From contig JAGCVZ010000002.1 in NCBI GenBank assembly GCA_017962125.1, positions 4,492 to 68,491 on the forward strand: 64,000 bases of DNA, read 5' to 3'. The position numbers were made by a program, and so were the translations under genes. Below the pieces are notes generated by a model. It worked only from the letters and a program-made list of their open reading frames with translations, was not told the origin of the DNA and did not search any database. The stretch is from Alphaproteobacteria bacterium. Its GTDB lineage: Bacteria; Pseudomonadota; Alphaproteobacteria; Rs-D84. Every line of letters starts with the position of its first letter. Within the stretch, counting starts at the first letter, position 1. Shown here piece after piece: positions 37,195 to 47,976 of this stretch.

Positions 37195-37983
37195 ATGCAA
37201 ACAGGGCTTTATATTGTTGGTACACCGATTGGAAATCTGGGCGACATGTCACCACGCGCGGTGGAAATTTTGAAAAATGTTGATTTAATCGCGGCTGAAG
37301 ATACACGTGTTTTTGGTAAAATAGCGACACATTTCAATATAAAAACACATCGGGTATCTTGTCATGAACATAATGAACGCAAAGTTATTGGTGATTTGAT
37401 AGAAAAAATTCAAAATGGCGCGGCAATCGCAATTGTAACAGATGCCGGAATGCCAGGGATAAGTGACCCTGGTTTTCGAATTGTGCGTGCTGCGCGTGAA
37501 TCGGGGGTGCCGGTATATGTTGTGCCTGGACCAACGGCGGTTATATCTGCGTTAGTGCTTAGTGGTTTCCCAACAGACCGATTTACTTTCTGTGGTTTCT
37601 TTGATGAAAAAAAATTACGCGAAGACAATAAAATTCGTCATACGATAGTTTATTATGAAAGTCCGAATCGAATTATGAATACCATTGCTGCGATGGCAAG
37701 GGTGATGCCTGAACGACAAATTGCCATAGTTCGTGAAATAACAAAAATTCATGAACAGGCTATAATTGGATATCCTGCAGATTTAATGAATATAGAAGCG
37801 CCCAGGGGAGAGATTGTCATTGTGGTTGCTCCAGCACCAGATCATAAAATGTCAGATAAAGAAATATCTGATATTGTAAATGATGTTGTAGCAAATTCTA
37901 CCAAGGCGGCGGCAACTGATTTGGCGGCGCGTGCTGGAATTTCAAAAAAAGAAGCTTATCGTAGATTAATTAAAAAGGATTAG
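37195..37983 (+). CDS. rsmI: 16S rRNA C1402 2'-O-methyltransferase
   Basis: GTPIGNLGD, AEDTR, DAGMPGISDPG, YESPNR, REITKIHE. Confidence 0.96.
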   Translation: MQTGLYIVGTPIGNLGDMSPRAVEILKNVDLIAAEDTRVFGKIATHFNIKTHRVSCHEHNERKVIGDLIEKIQNGAAIAIVTDAGMPGISDPGFRIVRAARESGVPVYVVPGPTAVISALVLSGFPTDRFTFCGFFDEKKLREDNKIRHTIVYYESPNRIMNTIAAMARVMPERQIAIVREITKIHEQAIIGYPADLMNIEAPRGEIVIVVAPAPDHKMSDKEISDIVNDVVANSTKAAATDLAARAGISKKEAYRRLIKKD

Positions 37984-37987
37984 ACTT

Positions 37988-38542
37988 ATGATAAAGTTCG
38001 TCGGTGGTTTTGAAAAAGTGCATGATTTGCCGCAAACACAATTTCCAGAATATGCGTTTGCAGGGCGCAGTAATGTTGGAAAATCTTCATTGATAAATGC
38101 TGTGGTGGGGCAAAACATAGCACGAACATCAAATACGCCGGGACGGACACAGACATTAAATATGTTTAATGTGAACGACAAAGTTATAATTTTGGATTTG
38201 CCTGGATACGGTTATGCCCGTGCGTCGCGTGCAGATACAGAACGTTGGATGTTGCGGTTTCAAGAATATATCATGACACGGCGACAATTAAAACGACTCT
38301 TTATATTGATTGATTCGCGTATCGGACCACGTACATCGGATATTGAATTGATAAATTTTTGCGATGTAAATGGTATATCATATCAGATTGTGTATACCAA
38401 AAAAGATAAACGTATACGTGAAAAATCACAAATGGTAATTTGTGCTGAGGAACATCCGGCAATGATTGATGATGTTATTGAAACTTCGTCAGAAAAGAAA
38501 TATGGCATAGATAACCTAAGGGCAATAATTGGCATCAAGTAA
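37988..38542 (+). CDS. engB: Ribosome biogenesis GTPase YihA/YsxC (EngB)
   Basis: GRSNVGKSSLIN, TPGRT, DLPGYG, TKKDK. Confidence 0.95.
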   Translation: MIKFVGGFEKVHDLPQTQFPEYAFAGRSNVGKSSLINAVVGQNIARTSNTPGRTQTLNMFNVNDKVIILDLPGYGYARASRADTERWMLRFQEYIMTRRQLKRLFILIDSRIGPRTSDIELINFCDVNGISYQIVYTKKDKRIREKSQMVICAEEHPAMIDDVIETSSEKKYGIDNLRAIIGIK

Positions 38543-41057
38543 AAATATTTTTTATGTTTCAAATCCCGCAAAGATTTTAGAAGGGCTCTGGCAAATTATG
38601 CAAGAATCCGGGGTTGATTTGACGGATATGTTGGTGTTTTTGCCAAATAGACGCGCAGTTCGCAGTGTTGAAAAAATGATTGTAGACAAGATTGGTCATG
38701 CAACGTTGTTGCCAAGATTAATGCCTCTTGGTGAAGGTATAGAAGATGTTGATTCAGATAACGAAAAAGAAATTGGGGTTGTATCAAAGCAAGAAAGGCT
38801 GGTTGCCACTGCGTATTTGTTGGCTTCTATTCCGACTATCAAAAATATATCGAACGCATTACCTGTGGCTAGAACACTGTTGAATATGCAAGATTATCTT
38901 GAAAACAGCGATGTTGATATTGCTGATATTGATTGGACAAGTTTGATTGATGATAAATATGCCAAACATTTTCAAGATAAAGCACAAATTTTATCAATAC
39001 TGGGACGTGTTCAAAATGAAGTTTTTAATGGACGTGATACTGAAACAAAACGCCGGAATTGTGACGTATACAAATGGTGTGATTATGTTAAAAATATGTC
39101 GTACGATAATTCTTTAATTATTGTTTGTGGTTCAACTGCAAGTGTTCCAATGACAAGAAAACTTATGTCTGTTATTGCTGGTTTGCCGAATGGAAGAATA
39201 ATTCTGCCTGGTAAGATTTCTGGGCGACAGGAAGATTTTGAACTTGATACGCATCCATATAATTCAGAGTATAAATTTCTTTCTGAAATTGGTGTTGATA
39301 TATCGGATATTAATGAAATTAATGTTGGTGTATCGCATATCGATTTTATGAATACGGCGTTTTCTAACGTATACAGCGATTTTGGTAGTTATGATTTGTC
39401 GAATTGTCATCTAATAGAAGCCGCGAGAGAATCCGAAGAGGCAGCTGTTGTTGGTGAAATTGTTACGCGTGCAATAGCAAATAAAAAAACGGTTTTGGTA
39501 ATAACTCCGGATGCCGCTGGAAACCAGAGGTTAATGTCTGAATTCGAACGCAGGAATATTAGCGCTGATTTTTCTGGGGGACGTGTGGCAACGATGACAT
39601 TAGCGGGCAGGGCGATTTTGAATTTGCTGGATGATTGGATAGAATCAGATTGTCGTTTTTTTGATGAAGTATATTCAGCCAATAGTTTTGATTTGTTTGA
39701 TACCATTGCTGATGTGGTTGACAGGTTTAATGATAATCTTGCGCCGGCTGTGGATTTTGAAACCCCTGAATCTATCGTTGTTTTAAGGGCAATAAAAAAG
39801 CTTTCTAATTGTTTGAAAGATAAAAAAATACAGGTGAGTCTTGTTGATGCGCGTGCTTTTATTGCGGACGCGTTAAGCGATGTGCGTGTCCGACCCCCGA
39901 TAAACGATTCGGCAAATGTTGTGGTTTTGGGAACTATAGAGTCCCGAATGCAAACTGCGGATGTCGTTATATTGACTGGGTTGAATGAAGGAATGTTTCC
40001 GGCACTTGGATATGAAAATCCGTGGTTACCACGCAAGATATCAAATCAAATTGGGTTGCCGTCACCAAATCACAAGGTTTCACTTATGGCTCTTGATTTT
40101 ATGAATTTGTCTTGTGGAAAAGAAATTTATTGGTTGCGCAGCAAGGTTTCTGGGGGTGTGCAAACACAAGAATCAAGATTTATTTCGCGTGTCATTGTTG
40201 CGCAAGGAAAATTTGATGATGGTATGGCAACCGATATATTAAAAGTTGTTCGTTCACGTGATTCGGTTGAATTTAATCCACTTTGTTATGATAGTCCAAA
40301 ACCACCAGCCGATTGGTCTGATGTTTATGTAACAGGTTTAGAATTACTGATACACAATCCATATGCTTTTTATGTGCGACATATATTACGTTTGCGCAAA
40401 CTTGATGATTACTGGGTTGGACCAGATGCACGTGATTTTGGTACATTGGTTCATGCGGTTATAGAAAAAGCATCTGAAAATGTTACAGAACAATGGTTAA
40501 TTGATGAAATGGATAGGCAGGCATTAGAAGTTTTGGAACAAAAAAATTTGATATTTTATTTCTGGCACAGGCGTTTTCTTGAAATTGCGCCAATCGCTTT
40601 ACAGATGTTACGTGAAACACCGGGTGCATTTAAAGAGATAGAAGGGGAAATTAGTATCGCTGGACGTAATGTGCGCGCACGTGCCGATAGAATTTGGGAT
40701 GGTGGCGTTTTGGATATAAAAACCGGTTCGGCGCCAACAAAAAAACAATTACAAGATGGAACAATGCCCCAGGTTCCACTGGAAGCATGTATGTTAAAAA
40801 ATCGTGGATTCCGTTTTCGTGCAACCGTTAAAAGTGACATGCCCATGATGCAATTTTTGCAATTAAAATCCGGGGATACAAAAATCATAAAATATGATGT
40901 TGAACAAACAGAAATTGCGATGAATGCGGCATATAGCAAGGTTACAGAATTGTTTAATATGTATTCGGTCGGTGGCGCAGAATACAAATATATGCCAAAT
41001 AGTGAGCCTAAGTATAAAGAATACGATGACTTTGCGCGGGCGGAAGAACGTGATTAA
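38529..41057 (+). CDS. addB: Double-strand break repair protein AddB
   Basis: LPNRRA, GLNEG, NPYAFY, RADRI..DIKTG PD-(D/E)xK nuclease motif, YDDFAR end. Confidence 0.88.
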   Translation: MASSKNIFYVSNPAKILEGLWQIMQESGVDLTDMLVFLPNRRAVRSVEKMIVDKIGHATLLPRLMPLGEGIEDVDSDNEKEIGVVSKQERLVATAYLLASIPTIKNISNALPVARTLLNMQDYLENSDVDIADIDWTSLIDDKYAKHFQDKAQILSILGRVQNEVFNGRDTETKRRNCDVYKWCDYVKNMSYDNSLIIVCGSTASVPMTRKLMSVIAGLPNGRIILPGKISGRQEDFELDTHPYNSEYKFLSEIGVDISDINEINVGVSHIDFMNTAFSNVYSDFGSYDLSNCHLIEAARESEEAAVVGEIVTRAIANKKTVLVITPDAAGNQRLMSEFERRNISADFSGGRVATMTLAGRAILNLLDDWIESDCRFFDEVYSANSFDLFDTIADVVDRFNDNLAPAVDFETPESIVVLRAIKKLSNCLKDKKIQVSLVDARAFIADALSDVRVRPPINDSANVVVLGTIESRMQTADVVILTGLNEGMFPALGYENPWLPRKISNQIGLPSPNHKVSLMALDFMNLSCGKEIYWLRSKVSGGVQTQESRFISRVIVAQGKFDDGMATDILKVVRSRDSVEFNPLCYDSPKPPADWSDVYVTGLELLIHNPYAFYVRHILRLRKLDDYWVGPDARDFGTLVHAVIEKASENVTEQWLIDEMDRQALEVLEQKNLIFYFWHRRFLEIAPIALQMLRETPGAFKEIEGEISIAGRNVRARADRIWDGGVLDIKTGSAPTKKQLQDGTMPQVPLEACMLKNRGFRFRATVKSDMPMMQFLQLKSGDTKIIKYDVEQTEIAMNAAYSKVTELFNMYSVGGAEYKYMPNSEPKYKEYDDFARAEERD

Positions 41058-41821
41058 TCAATTTTAATCATCAATCCGCAATGATCGGTTGGTTTTTCGT
41101 TACTTCGTGGCATACAATCAATTTCGCACTTTGTAATCATTTTAGTCGCCGTCTTGTTAGTCATAAAATAATCAAGACGAAGCCCATGGTTGTTTTCAAA
41201 GCTGTGCTGGCGATATCCATACCAAGTGTATCCAATTTCGTCGGGGTGCATTTTGCGCCACACATCGGTCCACCCGTCATTAAACCATTCTTGCAGTATT
41301 TTTCGTGCCGCAGGTGCGGAAATGCTTGAGCCGATATAGTTTTCAGGTTTCCAAACATCACGATCTTCGATTGCTACATTAAAATCGCCACCGATAATTA
41401 CCGCTTCGGGTGAATTTAGATATTGTGAAATATATTCCCCAAAAGCCTTCATCCATTGGATTTTGTAATCAAATTTAGGTGATGTTTCAGATTCGCCATT
41501 TGGCATATATACATTTATGACACGAATATGTCCGTCTATTACAGTTTCAATAAATCTAGCATTTACATCGGGATAATTTGGTATGCCACGCACAGTGTCT
41601 TCAATAGAAAATTTTGAAAAAGTTGCAACCCCGTTCCAGCTTTTTTGACCAAAAACTTTGATATTATACCCATATTCTTCAAATATATTATGTGGAAAAT
41701 TGGCATCTTCGACCTTTAATTCTTGAACCAAAATGGTGTCATATTCGCCAGATTCAAGGGTTTTGATAAAAGTTTCCGCGTGGGCGCGTATTGAATTTAT
41801 GTTTACAGTCAGTATTTTCAT
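41054..41821 (-). CDS. xth: Exodeoxyribonuclease III
   Basis: NINSIR, QELK, NGVA, GDFN, RLDY, DHC. Confidence 0.95.
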   Translation of the reverse strand: MKILTVNINSIRAHAETFIKTLESGEYDTILVQELKVEDANFPHNIFEEYGYNIKVFGQKSWNGVATFSKFSIEDTVRGIPNYPDVNARFIETVIDGHIRVINVYMPNGESETSPKFDYKIQWMKAFGEYISQYLNSPEAVIIGGDFNVAIEDRDVWKPENYIGSSISAPAARKILQEWFNDGWTDVWRKMHPDEIGYTWYGYRQHSFENNHGLRLDYFMTNKTATKMITKCEIDCMPRSNEKPTDHCGLMIKID

Positions 41822-41891
41822 GTTTGCAATCTTTCCTTTTTATGAATATAATAATTACAATATATTAGAAAAACAACAAGGATTTTGAATC

Positions 41892-43472
41892 ATGAATATG
41901 TTTCAATTTTTTGAAGGTGCGGTTAAAAAATGGCCTAATTATCTTTACCTGGTTCGTGAAAATGTCACGTTCGGGGATTTTATGAAAATGGTTTTGGCGC
42001 GGGCGGCGACACTTCATTCTATGGGGGTGCGGTCCGGTGATGTTGTTGGTATTTTGTCGCATAATATCCCGGCATTCCCGATGACATTGTTTGCAATATG
42101 GTATCTTGGCGGAACGGTGTTATTGCTTGATACGAATTTAACCCCATTTGAATATGATAATATGACGAAAATCACAAAGTGCAAATTTGTGTGTGCGGAA
42201 AAATCGTTCTTTTATAAAACAGAAGGTTTTCAATTCTTTGATATTACTGGTGCGGATGAAGGGATAAATTCAAAATTAAAGCCGGCAAAAGTAAAAGATT
42301 CTGATATCGCGACATTGTCTTTTACGTCCGGGTCCACAGGAACGCCTAAGGTTGTGCCACTGACACATTATAACTTGATAGAATGTGCAAATTCTTTGCT
42401 TGATATGAAACAATGGTTCGAAGTTGGTGATGTGATGTATGGATTTTTGCCGATGTACCATATTTTTGGTTTCGCAGTGGAAATTCTTGCAACTTTGCAG
42501 TATGGCGCAGGGGTTGTGTTACAACCTACGGTTAATCCGAAGGAGATATTGGCTGATTTTAAACGTTATCGACCACATGTTATTCCGGCGGTTCCGCGCT
42601 TGTTTGAAGTTTTTCGTAACAAAATAATTGACGGGATAAAGGCAAAACATAAATGGTTGTTGTTTTCGTTTGTGTTAAAGAATTCTAAATGGATGCGTAA
42701 AGTCGGACTGGGAAAATTGGTGGATTTGATATTTAAACCTGTCTTAGATGTGTTTGGTGGGCGCGTGAAGTTGGTAATTGCTGGGGGGGCGGCAACAAAG
42801 CCTGAAATTGAAAATTTCTTTGTTGATTTGGGACTTGGTTTTATCCAGGGGTTTGGAATGACTGAAACAGTTGGGCCAATTTGTATTTCTAAACCATGCA
42901 AAGAACGCGTACCGTTTGCCTTTGGTGGACCAACAACGAATAATGAAGTAGAAATTCGCGACAAGAACGAAGACGGTGTCGGAATCCTTTGGGTGCGTGG
43001 TAATCAAGTATTTAATGGTTATATGAACAATGACGAGGCGAATAAAAATGCTTTTGATGAACGCGGGTTCTTTAATACTGGCGATATGGTGTCTATGGAT
43101 AAAAACGGCGAATTGCACTTTGCCGGTCGCAAGAAACAGGTGATTGTTCTGGACAGTGGTAAAAATGTTTATCCAGATGAATTAGAGGGTTTGTTCATAA
43201 ATATTCCCGGCGTGAAAAATGTCGCGGTGTTTGAACACAAGGTGAAAGATAAAACTGTGTCATACGGCGTTTTCAGTGTTGATAAAGATATGACGATGGA
43301 AAAACTTTCTGCGGCAATTGCGGCGATGAATAAAAAGGTTGCGTCTTATAAGTGGGTAACGCACTTTGCGATGACAACCGAAGATTTGCCAACAACCAGT
43401 ACCCAAAAAGTCAAACACCACATTGTGCGGCAGAATTTGATTGATGGAAAGTATCCGCTGCGTAAGGAATAA
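41892..43472 (+). CDS. Long-chain acyl-CoA synthetase (AMP-binding)
   Basis: FTSGSTGTPK, GFGMTE, TGD, GRKK, GKNVYP. Confidence 0.92.
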   Translation: MNMFQFFEGAVKKWPNYLYLVRENVTFGDFMKMVLARAATLHSMGVRSGDVVGILSHNIPAFPMTLFAIWYLGGTVLLLDTNLTPFEYDNMTKITKCKFVCAEKSFFYKTEGFQFFDITGADEGINSKLKPAKVKDSDIATLSFTSGSTGTPKVVPLTHYNLIECANSLLDMKQWFEVGDVMYGFLPMYHIFGFAVEILATLQYGAGVVLQPTVNPKEILADFKRYRPHVIPAVPRLFEVFRNKIIDGIKAKHKWLLFSFVLKNSKWMRKVGLGKLVDLIFKPVLDVFGGRVKLVIAGGAATKPEIENFFVDLGLGFIQGFGMTETVGPICISKPCKERVPFAFGGPTTNNEVEIRDKNEDGVGILWVRGNQVFNGYMNNDEANKNAFDERGFFNTGDMVSMDKNGELHFAGRKKQVIVLDSGKNVYPDELEGLFINIPGVKNVAVFEHKVKDKTVSYGVFSVDKDMTMEKLSAAIAAMNKKVASYKWVTHFAMTTEDLPTTSTQKVKHHIVRQNLIDGKYPLRKE

Positions 43473-43476
43473 AGAA

Positions 43477-43710
43477 ATGTGTTTCACTCTAAGAAATAGA
43501 AAAGAAATAAAAAACTCGGTGCCAGCCCATGTGATACCTGATAGTTTGGATTGGTATTTGGAAGAATGTCGCAAAAATGATGCTTGGTACGCGTATGCTA
43601 AATGGGTTTATGAACAGTTTGGCAATGAGGAAACAGCCAAAAAACTACGGAAATATAATGATGCGATGAATGCTTTGGTTGAAGAGATTTTTGGCAAAAA
43701 AGCATATTAG
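43477..43710 (+). CDS. Hypothetical protein
   Basis: 77-aa ORF directly after the acyl-CoA synthetase, with AAGGA RBS. Confidence 0.5.
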   Translation: MCFTLRNRKEIKNSVPAHVIPDSLDWYLEECRKNDAWYAYAKWVYEQFGNEETAKKLRKYNDAMNALVEEIFGKKAY

Positions 43711-45009
43711 TTATTTTCCCAAACACAATTGTGAAAAGGTCTTGTCAAGGATTTCGGCGGTGCCGATGGTGCCAAGTATTTTACCAATTGCGTCCGCCGC
43801 GTATCGCACGTGTTCTGATAAAATATCATAGTCGCCATTAAAATCGTTCAATGCCGCAAATAATTCATCGCGTGCGGTTACCAGTAAATCGTACGTGCGG
43901 GCGTTTATCATTACCGCCGATTCGCCGTTATTTGTGATTTCTGCGATTCGGTTACGAATTTCGTGCATTAGTTCCGGCAACCCCGCACCGGTCTTGGCCG
44001 AAACATAGATTGCGCCCAGTATATCGTGCGAATCGATTGTGTCAGATTTATTTATTACCAAGATTTCATCTTTTGTGATTGGTGTAATTGAATCACCGAT
44101 ATTTACAATATGTAAAACTATATCGGCGTTTGCGATTTCTGTGTTAGTGCGTTCGATTCCTATACGTTCCACAAAATCCACTGTGGCGCGCAGCCCCGCA
44201 GTATCTGATAAATTCACCATGTATCCGTCAATGTCCATCTGTGCGGACACGACATCGCGCGTTGTGCCAGGAATATCAGAAACTATGGCGCGCGCAGAAC
44301 CGACAATACGATTAAACAATGAGGATTTTCCGACATTTGTTTCGCCAACTATTGTAATATTTATTCCGCACATAATCGCACGTGAAACTTTGTAATTGCC
44401 CAATGCGCCGGAAACTGCCGTATAGAGCGTTTTCATTCTTCCCAAAATCTTGTCCGCAATGTTAGGTGGTAAATCGTCCGCATCATAGTCCGTCATTGCG
44501 GCGGCGTATGCGGAAATTTCCAACATTTGGTCGCGCCAATTTTCATAGACCGCACTGTCGCCGCCCATCATGGAACGCAGGGCTGCGGCGCGCTGTTTGT
44601 CCGTCTGTGCATCAAGCAACGCAACAAGTCCATCGACATCGGACAAATCCATTTTGTTGTTGTAAAATGCACGACGCGAAAATTCACCGGGGGTGGCGCC
44701 CCGCATATTGTGCCCGCGTAAAAATTCAAAGATTTTATTTATCACCGCCGGTGCGCCGTGGCACTGAATTTCAATTATGTCTGTGCCGGTGAAACTGTGT
44801 GGCGCGACAAAATAAATAACAACGCATTGGTCGATAATTTCACCATTATCATCGCGCAAGTTTGTAAAATATGCGTGCCGTGGTACTGGCGTACGGCCAA
44901 TAATTTTTTTTGCGAATTTTTCTAAATCATTTCCGGATATTCGAATTACTGCAACCCCGGATTTGCCGCGACCGCTGGAAAGCGCAAAAATAGTATCGTT
45001 GTTATTCAT
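43711..45009 (-). CDS. mnmE: tRNA modification GTPase
   Basis: DTIFA, SFTG, GEFSRRAF, GETNVGKSS, GTTRD, DTAG, NKSD, LCLGK. Confidence 0.97.
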   Translation of the reverse strand: MNNNDTIFALSSGRGKSGVAVIRISGNDLEKFAKKIIGRTPVPRHAYFTNLRDDNGEIIDQCVVIYFVAPHSFTGTDIIEIQCHGAPAVINKIFEFLRGHNMRGATPGEFSRRAFYNNKMDLSDVDGLVALLDAQTDKQRAAALRSMMGGDSAVYENWRDQMLEISAYAAAMTDYDADDLPPNIADKILGRMKTLYTAVSGALGNYKVSRAIMCGINITIVGETNVGKSSLFNRIVGSARAIVSDIPGTTRDVVSAQMDIDGYMVNLSDTAGLRATVDFVERIGIERTNTEIANADIVLHIVNIGDSITPITKDEILVINKSDTIDSHDILGAIYVSAKTGAGLPELMHEIRNRIAEITNNGESAVMINARTYDLLVTARDELFAALNDFNGDYDILSEHVRYAADAIGKILGTIGTAEILDKTFSQLCLGK

Positions 45010-45011
45010 CT

Positions 45012-45587
45012 TTATCTGTTTCCACTTATTTCTTTTAATGCCATCGGGACCAGTTTTGATACATTGGCATCAGGATTTTGTGCGACAAGTTTTTGTGCCA
45101 TTTCGATTATGTCCATGCGGCGATAGCCCAATGCCTCTAACGCCGCCAGCAAATCGGGCAGTGCGCCCGTGTCGCCGGATGTATCAAATGCAAACGATGC
45201 GCCGCCAACCTTTGATTTAAGTTCCACTATGATTTTTTCTGCAACCTTTTTCCCAACACCCGGTGCAGTTGCGATTGTTTTTGCGTCGCCGGTTGCGATT
45301 GCGGTCATCAGTGTATCGGTCTTTATAGTGCCCATTATCGCCATTGCGACCTTTGGTCCGACACCCGACACCCCGTTTAGCATGTTGAATAAATTTTGTG
45401 CTGCAAGCGTTGAAAACCCGAACAAACGAATCGAGTCTTCACGTACAACCGTTTCAATCCAAAGTGTCGCCGACGCGCCGTGGCACAAGTTTTCCGGCGT
45501 ATATACCTTGTATCCGACGCCACCCACCATAAGAATAATGAACCCGTCATCAATATGTTCAACAATGCCTTGCAATTTTCCAATCAT
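45012..45587 (-). CDS. ruvA: Holliday junction branch migration protein RuvA
   Basis: MIGKLQG, GVGY, VRED, GVGPK, PGVGKK. Confidence 0.96.
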   Translation of the reverse strand: MIGKLQGIVEHIDDGFIILMVGGVGYKVYTPENLCHGASATLWIETVVREDSIRLFGFSTLAAQNLFNMLNGVSGVGPKVAMAIMGTIKTDTLMTAIATGDAKTIATAPGVGKKVAEKIIVELKSKVGGASFAFDTSGDTGALPDLLAALEALGYRRMDIIEMAQKLVAQNPDANVSKLVPMALKEISGNR

Positions 45588-45638
45588 TTGCTATCCTTTG
45601 TCGGTAATTTTAATCTAATTAAATCAAAAGGTCAAATT

Positions 45639-46355
45639 ATGAGCGGACATAGTAAATGGCACAACATTCAACATAAAAAGGGGCTTGTCGATGCGGCACG
45701 CAGTGGATTGTTCACGAAACTTGCACGTGAAATCACTATGGCGGCAAAGTTGGGCGATAAAAATCCGGACAATAATCCGCGGCTTCGTCTTGCAATTTTA
45801 CAGGCGCGCAAGAATTCTATGCCGAACGATAATATCAAACGTGCGATTGACAAGGCATCGGGTTCGAATACCGAAAATTACGTGGCGGTGCGGTACGAAG
45901 GATACGGCCCCGGTGCGGTGCCTATTATAGTAGAAGCGTTAACAGATAACCCGCGGCGCACTGTGCCAGAGGTACGGAATATCTTTTCCAAGCATGGTGG
46001 CAATATGGGCGAAGAGGGCAGTGTTGCGTTCATGTTCACGCGCGTTGGGCAAATTTTCTATCCAGCATCCGTTGGCAAAACCGAAGATGAAATGATGGAA
46101 ATAATTATGGACGCGGATGCGGATAATTTAGAGACAACCGAAGAAGGATTTGTCATCACGACTAAGCCAGATGACTTTATGAATGTGCAAAAGAAAATCG
46201 CCGATGTTTTGGGCGAACCGGAAAATGCGGAATTGACATGGGTGCCGAATATGCCGATGGATGTGGACGAAGAAACCTGGGGCAAGGTTGAAAAGTTGGT
46301 TGATGCATTGGACGACAACGACGACGTGCAAAAGGTATTCACCGGCGCAGCATAA
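45639..46355 (+). CDS. yebC: YebC/PmpR family protein
   Basis: MSGHSKW, NPRLR, YEGYGP, LDDNDDVQ. Confidence 0.96.
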   Translation: MSGHSKWHNIQHKKGLVDAARSGLFTKLAREITMAAKLGDKNPDNNPRLRLAILQARKNSMPNDNIKRAIDKASGSNTENYVAVRYEGYGPGAVPIIVEALTDNPRRTVPEVRNIFSKHGGNMGEEGSVAFMFTRVGQIFYPASVGKTEDEMMEIIMDADADNLETTEEGFVITTKPDDFMNVQKKIADVLGEPENAELTWVPNMPMDVDEETWGKVEKLVDALDDNDDVQKVFTGAA

Positions 46356-46356
46356 A

Positions 46357-47025
46357 ATGAGTATTGAAACTGATGAATTAGAAAACGCAAAACGGTGTGC
46401 AGAGCAAAATCTGGCACCGTTTGCACATAAAATTGCAAACAGACTGGCTGTGGACGACGTATGTATTGTTGGTGGTGCAGTGCGCGATTCGGTGTTGGCG
46501 GCAATAACTGGTAAAAATTTTTGTGTCAAAGATTGGGATGTTGTATGTCCAAAGGCACCTGTGATTCACGATAATAAAAATATCTTGGGGGTTAAAGAAA
46601 ATTCTTTCGGCGGAACCAAGGTCGAATTACGTGATGTTGGTGTGGTGGATATTTTTCAATATTATACAAAAAGTCCACAAGCAATTATTGCGAATACTTT
46701 TGATTTTAATTGCAACAGTTTATTTTATCTTGGTGGAAAAATTTATGAATCTGTGGCCTTTTTGCATTTTATCGAAACGGCGGAATTGTTTGTATATAAC
46801 CCGCATAAATATAATCCGGCGCATATTGTCGCGCGGGCGTTAAAATTTCAGATCGTTTTTAAAGAACAATTTGGAATTGATGTAAAATTAAACTATAGAA
46901 TTTTACATGAAATATATTCTTTGACGGATACGGATAAAGATCAAATGTTGGAATATATGCGTCGGCATAATTGGTCGATTTACAACAGGGTTTGGCAAAA
47001 TTTTTTGGATATCCGTGCGCACTGA
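46357..47025 (+). CDS. Stand-alone class II nucleotidyltransferase (CCA/poly(A) polymerase head-like)
   Basis: VGGAVRD...KDWDV, FDFNCNSL, RALKF; 222 aa. Confidence 0.65.
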   Translation: MSIETDELENAKRCAEQNLAPFAHKIANRLAVDDVCIVGGAVRDSVLAAITGKNFCVKDWDVVCPKAPVIHDNKNILGVKENSFGGTKVELRDVGVVDIFQYYTKSPQAIIANTFDFNCNSLFYLGGKIYESVAFLHFIETAELFVYNPHKYNPAHIVARALKFQIVFKEQFGIDVKLNYRILHEIYSLTDTDKDQMLEYMRRHNWSIYNRVWQNFLDIRAH

Positions 47026-47072
47026 TAAATTTTGCAAAAAGTATTTATTTGTGCGGCGTAATTAGTGTTAGT

Positions 47073-47097
47073 GCGGGGCGTTGCCCCGCGTTTTTTT
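47073..47097 (+). terminator. Intrinsic terminator
   Basis: GCGGGGC-GTT-GCCCCGC followed by a T tract. Confidence 0.75.
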
Positions 47098-47389
47098 ACA
47101 ATTCTTCATACATCTCATTGAATAATTTTACCAATAATTCGGTATCTTCGATGTCGGGTATCATCATCATCGGTTTTGCGCCGGGGTATGGGGTTTCCAT
47201 TGTTGCGTTTGGAATAATTCTTTGTGCCGCCGCGGTTGGCTTGACCAAGAATCTGTTATCATAAATTCCGCCGATGATTTTCCCGTGATAGTAAATAATG
47301 TATTCGCCCATCATTGCGCGGTACGTTATGTCCGATAGTGTGGATAATTGCGTAAGGATGAAGTCTAAAAATTCTTTACTTGATGGCAT
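47096..47389 (-). CDS. TfoX/Sxy N-terminal domain protein
   Basis: YRAMMGEY, GGIYDNRFLVK, PYPGAK. Confidence 0.88.
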   Translation of the reverse strand: MPSSKEFLDFILTQLSTLSDITYRAMMGEYIIYYHGKIIGGIYDNRFLVKPTAAAQRIIPNATMETPYPGAKPMMMIPDIEDTELLVKLFNEMYEEL

Positions 47390-47392
47390 GTA

Positions 47393-47965
47393 TTATAAAG
47401 TTTTTTTATATTCTGATTTTAATTTTCCAAACATTGCAGTGCTGTGCACGGAACCATCCGACCACAATTTGCGTTCACGTTGAATGCCTTCGAGTTTATA
47501 TCCGTTTTTTTCGGCGTTTCTGTATGAAGCGATATTATCGTTGTCGCACCAGATATTTATTTTTCGCAAATTAAATTTTTCAAATCCTAGTTCTTCTATT
47601 GTTGGCATTATTTTATCCACAATCCCTTGTCCGCGTGCAGATTTTTTTAACCAATAACCAATTTCACCGGTTTGATTTTTTGTGTCTATGCCAGAAAGAC
47701 CAATTTCGCCTAATAATTCATTGTTTCTGAAAATGCCGTACATGGCGTATTTCCATCGTGGGTCGTTGTTTTGTGACTTGTCGTAATAATATCTTTCTAC
47801 TTCGTCAACGGATTTCCACATGTCCCCGTCGAACCAGTGTTTGAATGTAGCCGAATCGGTTGTGAATATGTCGTAAATTTCTTTTGCAAATTTCGGTGTT
47901 CCTGGAATTTGTTTTAATACAAAATCATCAACGATAATTTGTTCGGGTTTAATAAATTCTGACAT
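47393..47965 (-). CDS. RimJ/RimL-type GNAT acetyltransferase
   Basis: EIGYWL, RGQG, NIAS...AEKNGY..EG. Confidence 0.88.
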   Translation of the reverse strand: MSEFIKPEQIIVDDFVLKQIPGTPKFAKEIYDIFTTDSATFKHWFDGDMWKSVDEVERYYYDKSQNNDPRWKYAMYGIFRNNELLGEIGLSGIDTKNQTGEIGYWLKKSARGQGIVDKIMPTIEELGFEKFNLRKINIWCDNDNIASYRNAEKNGYKLEGIQRERKLWSDGSVHSTAMFGKLKSEYKKTL

Positions 47966-47976
47966 GATGCGTCCTA

